From assembly GCA_964432675.1 (NCBI GenBank), contig CAYSOG010000004.1:30002-84417 (forward strand): DNA of 54,416 nucleotides, in the 5' to 3' direction. Made by a program: the position numbers and the translations under genes. Positions 10,456 through 17,784 of the stretch are shown piece after piece (position 1 is the stretch's first letter; the number at the start of each line of letters is the position of its first letter). The notes under the pieces are model-generated. The model worked only from the letters and a program-made list of their open reading frames with translations. It was not told the origin of the DNA and searched no databases. Source of the DNA: an uncultured Gammaproteobacteria bacterium. GTDB taxonomy: Bacteria; Patescibacteriota; Microgenomatia; CAYSOG01.

Positions 10456-11241
10456 ATGATTAGACTAGGCCAAATTCTGGCAATGCTTTCAGGGCTACTT
10501 GTGGACCATGCCGAAGAAGCCATTCCGCTTGAACGCCGTTTGGCGTATGCCCGTGAAGAGCGCAAGAAGCAACTTCGTGCAAGCGTCGACGACGGGGCGA
10601 AAATGGGCCAGTATGCCGGCATGATAACACAGCAGCGTGCTGAAATGCTTATTATGCTGCAGAATACAAAGGACGATGCGACAGCAGCGCTCCAAGACGC
10701 ACAGCAGGCACAGCGAGCAGGTAACTCTGAGCAGGAAGCGCTACACCGAGCTGATGCCACCAGGCTTGCTGAGGAAGTGGTCCGGATCCAGAGTGAAATT
10801 GACAGCCTAGACAAAGATATTAGCGAAGCCGGCGAGGCCTACGAGCAGGCCAAGACGATGATCTTGGAAATGTCCCGCGAACTGCAAGCGCAAGCGCGCG
10901 GTGATATGAGCCTTGTGGCTCGTGTTGCCCGCACGGACATGCGAGAAAAGTTCCTGCAGTTGCGGGAAGATATGCTCGGCCTCACGACTACGAAGGATTC
11001 TGCCCAGGGCTTGCGACAACGCGCCATTGAAGCCGATGACAAGAAAGGGCATTATGTTGACTCTCGCAGCGACATTCTTAATGGCCTTTGGCAGCAGTAT
11101 CGCGGTTCCCGCATTGCTGACTCACGCCGGGCAAGCCAAGCGGCAGTAAGCGTGCTTGACGGTTTGCAGCAGCAGATTGGCTACACGCCATCAGCACAGC
11201 TGCCGGCCGCCGGGGAAACCCAAGCAGCGAAAGCTAATTAA
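10456..11241 (+). CDS. PspA/IM30-like coiled-coil protein
   Basis: 261 aa, almost entirely heptad-like helical sequence rich in A/E/Q/R, size and composition as PspA/Vipp1; AAGGAG SD upstream; GC-rich relative to flanks. Confidence 0.5.
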   Translation: MIRLGQILAMLSGLLVDHAEEAIPLERRLAYAREERKKQLRASVDDGAKMGQYAGMITQQRAEMLIMLQNTKDDATAALQDAQQAQRAGNSEQEALHRADATRLAEEVVRIQSEIDSLDKDISEAGEAYEQAKTMILEMSRELQAQARGDMSLVARVARTDMREKFLQLREDMLGLTTTKDSAQGLRQRAIEADDKKGHYVDSRSDILNGLWQQYRGSRIADSRRASQAAVSVLDGLQQQIGYTPSAQLPAAGETQAAKAN

Positions 11242-11324
11242 CCTACCGTAACAACCAAAGCCGCGGGAAATGCGCTATTGCCATTTTCCGCGGCCATTCC
11301 CCCTTTCTTAATCAGGAGGTATCG

Positions 11325-13019
11325 GTGCAGCAAAGACATACAGGCCTAACGCCATTTGCCTGGATTCTCATTCTCGTTATCGTTGGCGCTGTCGTTTTCG
11401 GTGCATATCATTTTGTGGTCTCACCGATGCTCAGTGGTCAAAATTCAGTTGTTAGCAAAAATAGCGGCCAGAATGGTGCCGAGCAACCGCGAAGCTCAAA
11501 CAATGCTTCTAGCGGTAGCACTTCGTCAGGTCAGTCAAACCCGCCACCCAAGGTTTCAACGGGTAATTCAAATAACCCGAAGATCCAAGTCGGCCTGGCG
11601 CAGTTTGGCACGTACCTTTCAGCAGTCGGCGCAACAAAGTTTGCCGACAGCCGAGGCGTTTCAATCACACTCGTTGACCTGTCAAGCGATATCGACAAGC
11701 AGTGTGATTGGGTTGCCGGCCGGCTACCAAACGATAAGCCGGCGCAAGGCGTTACGCGCATGCTGTTTACGACGCAAAATCAGGCCCGCCTGTGCGACGG
11801 CGTCCAAGCCGTTATGGTTATTGACCAGTCGTCAGGTGCTGACCAGATTATTACGCGTCCTGAGATTACAAACTTCAACCAGCTGCTTTCAGCACCGGTT
11901 AGTTTGGCCGGGGGGTGTTCAGTCTCTGAATACCTTTATCGGACACTAGCGTGGGCTTTTGGGAGCACGAATAATGCAAACCTAAAGCTTGCCACTGGTG
12001 CGCCAGAAGCCCAAACGAACTTCGCCAAAGACCCGTCGATTAAGACGCTGGTTACCTACGTGCCGTTTACCGACGACGCGATGAAGGTTTCTGGCTCGAA
12101 GAAGTTCTTTGATACCGAACACTGGGCCGGTATTGTTGATATGGCGGTCATTAAGGCCGACAATAACACCAATCCTGCCGTCCAACGCTTCATGGCAGCC
12201 TGGTTTGACTTCGTTAAGCTTGAACAGGAGAATTATGACCAAGCGTGGCCAATTCTTGATGAGTACCATAAATCTCACCGAGAAGAGACCCTCATTGGCG
12301 ATTATACGCATGACGCCTTGAAGGACGAGCTCACAAACCTTGTCGCCCAGGCAACCTACCAAGACAACCTGCGGATGATGGTGCAAGATACCAACGTCCT
12401 GCAAGCTCGTTTTAATGAGGTTGATGCGATCCAGCGTGAATTTCCTTGTAGCCAAGGCGGCCAAGTGGCAAAGCCCTCATCGCTTTCGGTTAAGCAAATG
12501 ATTGACGGGCGGTATATCCAGGCGTTGCAAAACGACCAGAAGGTCCAGACGTCAGCCAAGCCGCTTTCCAAGCGCCGGGTAACGCTATCAACGACCGTAC
12601 CGCTTGAACAAGCCCTGTCGTCCTCTAGCCAGCAGCTGATTGGGCAACTCTCGTCAGTTTACGTTGAGTTCCAGCCCGATTCTGACCAGTTCGTTGACGA
12701 AAATGACGCGCGGGATAAGATCGAGCGGAACTTCGCCGCGATTTTGCGGCTAACAAATAACACGAAGTTGGCCCTACTCGGCGGTTATGCTGTTCCATTT
12801 GGTTGTACGAACTGTGATGACGTAAGCGGCTCAGAGCTTGCAAAAAAGCGCTCCGCGCGTGTCGCACAGCTCTTAACCGAGGAGCTAAAGATACCCAAAG
12901 AAAGGGTGACAGTAGCCTCAGATGTCAGAAAACCGGCGAATGCTGGTTCTCGGGATCCAGCGCTCGTTGCCCAAGACCGACGTGTTGAGGGTAGCCTCCT
13001 CGTTGTAGGTGGCCAATAA
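11325..13019 (+). CDS. Membrane-anchored protein with periplasmic-binding-like middle region and C-terminal OmpA/MotB-like peptidoglycan-binding domain
   Basis: GTG start after AGGAGG; N-terminal TM helix, S/N-rich linker; C-terminus LLGGYAVPFG...AKKRSARVAQLL...DRRVEG resembles OmpA_C-like domain. Confidence 0.5.
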   Translation: MQQRHTGLTPFAWILILVIVGAVVFGAYHFVVSPMLSGQNSVVSKNSGQNGAEQPRSSNNASSGSTSSGQSNPPPKVSTGNSNNPKIQVGLAQFGTYLSAVGATKFADSRGVSITLVDLSSDIDKQCDWVAGRLPNDKPAQGVTRMLFTTQNQARLCDGVQAVMVIDQSSGADQIITRPEITNFNQLLSAPVSLAGGCSVSEYLYRTLAWAFGSTNNANLKLATGAPEAQTNFAKDPSIKTLVTYVPFTDDAMKVSGSKKFFDTEHWAGIVDMAVIKADNNTNPAVQRFMAAWFDFVKLEQENYDQAWPILDEYHKSHREETLIGDYTHDALKDELTNLVAQATYQDNLRMMVQDTNVLQARFNEVDAIQREFPCSQGGQVAKPSSLSVKQMIDGRYIQALQNDQKVQTSAKPLSKRRVTLSTTVPLEQALSSSSQQLIGQLSSVYVEFQPDSDQFVDENDARDKIERNFAAILRLTNNTKLALLGGYAVPFGCTNCDDVSGSELAKKRSARVAQLLTEELKIPKERVTVASDVRKPANAGSRDPALVAQDRRVEGSLLVVGGQ

Positions 13020-13069
13020 CTGCTCGTTACGGAATTCAAATAAGACTATTTGATTAGAAAACAACAATA

Positions 13070-13124
13070 CCGTGGGGTGGAGCATAAGCTTCACAGGCCT
13101 TACCAAGGCCACCCACGGTTTTTT
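13070..13124 (+). terminator. Rho-independent terminator
   Basis: CCGTGGGGTGG / CCACCCACGG stem (with inner GGCCTT..AAGGCC hairpin) followed by TTTTTT. Confidence 0.75.
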
Positions 13125-13197
13125 ATTGCTATTTTTGTGATTTTGGAAAGGTTTGCAATACGGCAAGAACTTGAAAAAGAGGTGTAATAATGAAGCC

Positions 13198-14151
13198 TTA
13201 GCGCCTTGTTTGGCGGATGTGCCGGTATGCGGTATCACGCATGGCAATGACCAAGCTAAAAAGTTTATTTAAGTCAAGTGTATCAACGTCATAGTATGGC
13301 CGTTGGTCTTTCATAAGGGATAATTCATCATCAGAAATATTATAGAGCCCCAAACCCCTGGCTACCTTTAACAGGCCAGTAGAAATGCCTTGTTTCGCCT
13401 TGGCAATTTTATCTAGTTCATCGTCAGAAAAATTATAAAACAAATGGAGTAAACCAACAGGGTTACCTTTAGTATACCCCGTAAAGGCAGCAGCAGCTTC
13501 AATATAGCCTTTTCTGTGGGCTGGTTCCTGTGATTCATCCAAAACTAACAACTTCCCGATCGTTTGTCGTATAAAAAGACGAAAGTCGTTTTCGTTTGAT
13601 TCACCTGGTAGGGTAGGTTTAAAAAGGATAGCATAAGCGTCATCTGTCGAACCGTCATTGGGCTGAATAAATAAGGTGTACATGCGCTTGGCTGACCTTG
13701 TTTCGTCATCTAAACTTGATCTGCCGCTGTCTTGCCAGAACACACTTGCTTCAGTGAGCCCCTGCAAAATAGTCAGTTCACCAAAGGTTTCTTCACTCTG
13801 TTTACCATCTTTATCGACCAAGCCGTATGTTAACAAGTCTTCCACAACAATATTACCCTGGTCCATATAATCGATTGGCTTGCCAACATATGAGAAGGCT
13901 TTCGCTTCTATTCTTCGGAATGGTACTTCACGGATTGGCAGGCCAGCTTTTTGGTTTTCAATGACGCTTTTTTTGGCTTCTTCTGAAAGTTGGTTAGAGT
14001 CAGCGGTTACAACTGGTAATCCAGCCCTGTTCCAGCCGATAAAATAGACACCTCGTGCCGAAGCAGGGTGCACAACGCAAGACAACTGGCTAATCGTTGC
14101 CTGTAAATTTTCTTGTGGTTCTTCAGAACCTTGTACATTTCTTTCTGTCAT
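13198..14151 (-). CDS. Hypothetical protein
   Basis: ORF track gives 13198-14235 from a TTG; I prefer ATG at 14151 (MTERNVQGSEEPQ...) because the upstream extension would run through an intergenic hairpin (14171-14209). Confidence 0.45.
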   Translation of the reverse strand: MTERNVQGSEEPQENLQATISQLSCVVHPASARGVYFIGWNRAGLPVVTADSNQLSEEAKKSVIENQKAGLPIREVPFRRIEAKAFSYVGKPIDYMDQGNIVVEDLLTYGLVDKDGKQSEETFGELTILQGLTEASVFWQDSGRSSLDDETRSAKRMYTLFIQPNDGSTDDAYAILFKPTLPGESNENDFRLFIRQTIGKLLVLDESQEPAHRKGYIEAAAAFTGYTKGNPVGLLHLFYNFSDDELDKIAKAKQGISTGLLKVARGLGLYNISDDELSLMKDQRPYYDVDTLDLNKLFSLVIAMRDTAYRHIRQTRR

Positions 14152-14267
14152 ATCGTTTTTAATTATTGAAGCCACCGGCAACCTGATTACTATCAGGCAA
14201 ACCGGTGGCGAAACATTGTCAAAAAGGTAATACAATCACTTGGAAAAATGACTTTCCAAATAGTAAT

Positions 14268-15290
14268 TTACCTTGGAAAGAAAAAGTTACTGACGTTCAA
14301 GACGAGCACACGAATGCGCTGGTTAATTTCAATCTCATGGCGGAAGGCACCGTATGATCGGTTCACTTCCTTTTGGATCGTATCACTTTGCTTAATCTGC
14401 CGCTTCGCCAGATCTTCAACATTGTTGATCAAGCTTACGACAGCTTCTTGTGTTAGCCCAAGCGCTTTTAACGCACTCCAGGCATATTCTGCGTCTTCTG
14501 CATTACGTGCACGAGTGGCGATAAGGCCGGTGAGACGTTGGACGTCCATATTATCATCGGTCAAAATTGGTGCGGTTAGCCAACTGGCAGCTTCTGGCAG
14601 CGGCACCGAAATGCGTGGTATGAGCTTTGGCTCATCCTCGGCATCACGGAGCAACGCGCCGCGAACATTACCACCAAAACTGCGTAGACTATGCAAGATG
14701 CTACCGTGTTCTGGCTCATCATCTTGCGTTGCAGTACCAGTTTGGACATTTTCAGTCGGTGGCGCTTGCAAACCAAGCTTATTGCGGATCGTTGTTATCG
14801 TGGCAAGCAGATCATGTGAATTTCGCATCAGCGAAGCCTGTTCATCTTGTTCCGATGATAGCCGCGCTGACAAGTCATCTAGCTCAACTGGCTTACTGGT
14901 TGCCGTGCCCTGGTCCTCAGTCTCGGTATGGTACCGGTCGTTGAGGTCTTGCCAAACGTCCGCTAGCTGTTCCATAACAGCTTTGCAGGCATCTTCAATG
15001 GTTTGGGAACTCCAATTTTGTGCCAGATGCAGCTCGTCGAGTGCCTGCTCAGGTTTTAAACCTTTGGCAACAGGAGGAGTATCAGCCGTGCCAACATATT
15101 GGACAGAGCAAATATAAATGGTCTCAAGTTCCTTTTGAACGCTGCGCAGTGACGGAATTTCATTCACCGTCTTTGCGGCTAATTCAAGAGGATCAGGCGG
15201 GAGCACCCTTGGTTGTACTGGTACCTCGTTTGCTTCGGTTGAAGGCACAACGACGGTTTCATCTCCCGTTGCTGGGGCATCACTTTGCAT
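14268..15290 (-). CDS. Hypothetical acidic protein
   Basis: ORF track 14268-15347 from a TTG; ATG at 15290 (MQSDAPATG...) lies downstream of an AAAGGAGAAGGG purine-rich stretch (spacing about 10-15 nt, looser than ideal) and I prefer it to the TTG; no recognisable motifs. Confidence 0.45.
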   Translation of the reverse strand: MQSDAPATGDETVVVPSTEANEVPVQPRVLPPDPLELAAKTVNEIPSLRSVQKELETIYICSVQYVGTADTPPVAKGLKPEQALDELHLAQNWSSQTIEDACKAVMEQLADVWQDLNDRYHTETEDQGTATSKPVELDDLSARLSSEQDEQASLMRNSHDLLATITTIRNKLGLQAPPTENVQTGTATQDDEPEHGSILHSLRSFGGNVRGALLRDAEDEPKLIPRISVPLPEAASWLTAPILTDDNMDVQRLTGLIATRARNAEDAEYAWSALKALGLTQEAVVSLINNVEDLAKRQIKQSDTIQKEVNRSYGAFRHEIEINQRIRVLVLNVSNFFFPR

Positions 15291-15593
15291 TGTCAAAATA
15301 CCCTTCTCCTTTTTCTGCTTTTCTGATAATCGACCGACAAATACCAACGTAAGGCCCTATGGCTTATCTCGTCATTACTTTTTCCTTTTGTAAATGTGCT
15401 TTTTCCCTGGCGAAAACGGTATTTATTACACAGTATCGCACGGTGAATAATTTACAACGAGCATTATATCAGACCTTGCGAAAAATTGCAATCCTATAGG
15501 TTACTATATTATCTTCTATATCATGTACAATCAGTTAGAATATGTAGCATAGCGCCTTTTACTCCAGGTACGTGTTACTATTACATCTAATCC

Positions 15594-15622
15594 TTGCAAG
15601 ATAATTAAAAATATACTATAAT
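15594..15622 (+). promoter_or_regulatory. Consensus sigma70 promoter giving a leaderless mRNA
   Basis: TTGCAA (15594-15599)-17 nt-TATAAT (15617-15622); ATG of 15630 gene begins 7 nt after the -10. Confidence 0.6.
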
Positions 15623-15629
15623 ACTTATT

Positions 15630-16343
15630 ATGTCAGCTGAATACGAATTCGATACTGTCACCCTTAATACGCTGAATAGCCTTTTTCGGCAACCGATTTT
15701 AGGGCCAGATGTTGAAGTTCGACGTGTCCACCCTGGCGACCATGAGGAACTTTCCAGAATCTTGGCAATCGAGGAAGACCCAAATAAAGTCCGCTGGTTC
15801 GAAAGCCGTCCCGAAAACCATACTGCAAAGTCCCGTGTTGAAATGGTCAAGTACATTTTAGACAAGAAGCACCACATTATTTTGGCCGCTGCTGGTTTAC
15901 CAAGCAGGCAAGACATTCATGAAGCCCATGAAGAAGAAAAACTGCAAGGCTTAGTTTACGTTAATCCTGAAACGGCATTTCGGATGCAGCAATTACGTGA
16001 CGACCAGCTAATACCCGATCAATACGGTATGGCTGCCGATTTAGTGCTTGAAATTAGCTATGCTAAGTGGGGACCAGCGCCACACCGCCAAATGGCTGAC
16101 GCCGTACGCCAAGTTTGCATAGGCATTTTAAGCCATAGCGTCTGGTTCGGCCACACGGTCGCTATTACGGCGTATGTTATGGAAGATGAGCGAGGCAGCA
16201 ACGAAGATTCTGTCCATGTTTTGCTCGCCAGTGGCTTTGAGGAAAAAGGCAAAGTCCAATACGATGCACAAGCCAGGGCGAAAGATCGGTTTTTCTTGCT
16301 TAATGAGGCTAAATTAGACCAAATCATTGCGGCGCGAACTTAA
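15630..16343 (+). CDS. Hypothetical protein (possibly acetyltransferase-like fold)
   Basis: 237 aa ORF; weak GNAT-like appearance only; no firm motif. Confidence 0.3.
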   Translation: MSAEYEFDTVTLNTLNSLFRQPILGPDVEVRRVHPGDHEELSRILAIEEDPNKVRWFESRPENHTAKSRVEMVKYILDKKHHIILAAAGLPSRQDIHEAHEEEKLQGLVYVNPETAFRMQQLRDDQLIPDQYGMAADLVLEISYAKWGPAPHRQMADAVRQVCIGILSHSVWFGHTVAITAYVMEDERGSNEDSVHVLLASGFEEKGKVQYDAQARAKDRFFLLNEAKLDQIIAART

Positions 16344-16377
16344 CCGTTTGCGCCCTTTTTTATTCCATACATCCTAT

Positions 16378-17583
16378 TCATTGCCTTAGTAAATCAAACA
16401 GGTATGTTGCCTTAACTTGTCTCGCGATCGGATTTTCAGGTTCAAGTTGCGAAACATCCGCCATAACAACATCAATACCCTTTGTTTGTAATGCATTATG
16501 TAATTGTTGTGCCTGTTGGTCATGTGGATTTTCATACAAAAGCGCACCGGCAATGCCAGTAACTAAATTATCAGGCCGTTCGCCCATGTCTAAGGCTAAA
16601 AGGGCTGGCTTAACGAGCCGGTCGTTGTGCCCAAGTTTCCGAATAGGGTCACGCGCAACCCTAGTAGTTTCATCACGAAGGTAGGGGTTTTTAAACCGCT
16701 CGATATTTTTCGAGGCATATGCCCGTTGGTCAGCGACAGAAATGGTCGGATTACGATTGACCACCACAACTTCGATTTCTTGCAGCGCACCTTGTACTAA
16801 GCCCATAATGTTATCATCTTGCACCGCTTCATGAATATACTGGTATCCTGCTCTGGCACCAAAATAGGCAATTAAAGCGTGTGGCCCGTTTAGGGTAATT
16901 AATTTTTGTTCCAGTATCGCATCCAAATCATACGAAACAGCAATACCAGGAATAACTGGCATTGGCCCTTTTAGTTGGTTGCCATTCACAACCCACTGGT
17001 AATATTTTTCTACGGTAACAGCCAGCGGGTTATCATTCTCAGCGGCTCCAGATGCGGTAGGCACAATACGGTCGACGACACAGTTTGGAAAACTAACGGC
17101 TTCATCAATAGGATCTCGGTATTCTTCAGGCAGGTTCGCCATTATGTACTGTTTAAGAAGCAGGGTGTTATCAGTAATGTTTTCGCAGGCAATAACAATT
17201 GTGTGCAGTTGGTCTTTTGGTCGTTGTTTGTACCGCTCGAGTAAACCCTTCGCCATTTGCGGCGCTATTGCGGGCAGCATATTACTACCAACTGCGGTCA
17301 CAACCATATCTGCGTTCACAAATCTCGAGAGAAAAGCTTCTTCGTCTGCAATATTAACGGCGTCAACGCCACGCACCATTTGGTGCTGTTCACCTTCAGC
17401 TGAAACGGTCACAACCGGGTATTCGCCAATCTTATTAATAAGGTCAACTTGTTCCTGTACAACATCTGCAAAGGTAATATGGGCGCCTGCTTCACTGAGT
17501 ACCGCACCGTTTAAACCCTTCCCGATCCGACCCGCACCAATCTGTAACGCATCAATTGCCATAAGTGATTTGGAGTATAACAC
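16378..17583 (-). CDS. mtlD: Mannitol-1-phosphate 5-dehydrogenase family protein
   Basis: 401 aa; N-terminal Rossmann IGAGRIGKG; overall length/layout of mannitol dehydrogenase family. Confidence 0.65.
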   Translation of the reverse strand: MLYSKSLMAIDALQIGAGRIGKGLNGAVLSEAGAHITFADVVQEQVDLINKIGEYPVVTVSAEGEQHQMVRGVDAVNIADEEAFLSRFVNADMVVTAVGSNMLPAIAPQMAKGLLERYKQRPKDQLHTIVIACENITDNTLLLKQYIMANLPEEYRDPIDEAVSFPNCVVDRIVPTASGAAENDNPLAVTVEKYYQWVVNGNQLKGPMPVIPGIAVSYDLDAILEQKLITLNGPHALIAYFGARAGYQYIHEAVQDDNIMGLVQGALQEIEVVVVNRNPTISVADQRAYASKNIERFKNPYLRDETTRVARDPIRKLGHNDRLVKPALLALDMGERPDNLVTGIAGALLYENPHDQQAQQLHNALQTKGIDVVMADVSQLEPENPIARQVKATYLFDLLRQ

Positions 17584-17652
17584 CTAGGGAAAGCCGGTGG
17601 AATAAATAGTTTATCTTAAATACGGCAATAAAAGATCGAAGATCAACAATTA

Positions 17653-17681
17653 TTGACTTATAGTGTTAACTATATTATAAT
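17653..17681 (+). promoter_or_regulatory. Consensus sigma70 promoter of Ubl cassette 1
   Basis: TTGACT (17653-17658)-17 nt-TATAAT (17676-17681); predicts a ~100-nt leader. Confidence 0.6.
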
Positions 17682-17751
17682 ACACAAGCTTTAGTCGAAG
17701 GAACGGCCTAAAATTATGTCGACCCTTAGATTTTAAACGCATCTGAATTTC

Positions 17752-17780
17752 ATTTGCACGTTAACAAACCAGAAAGGAAA
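17752..17780 (+). promoter_or_regulatory. Conserved leader element, copy 1 (contains SD)
   Basis: GCACGTTAACAAACCAGAAAGGAAA (17756-17780) is identical to 21281-21305; 29 nt with 1 mismatch when extended; core GGCACGTTAACAAA recurs at 36051. Confidence 0.7.
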
Positions 17781-17784
17781 GGAC

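Noticed and set aside
10416-10814. Long antisense or overlapping ORFs in GC-rich stretches. Examples: 10416-10814, 10807-11052, 11356-11949, 11982-12464, 14248-15117, 20688-21050, 23957-24316, 24126-24494 and 32219-32635.
   Set aside because: They lie opposite to, or out of frame with, ORFs that have clear motifs or paralogs. Their translations are low-complexity (Ser/Arg/Ala/Cys-rich), and they lack SD sequences. They are typical shadow ORFs of GC-rich or repetitive coding sequence.
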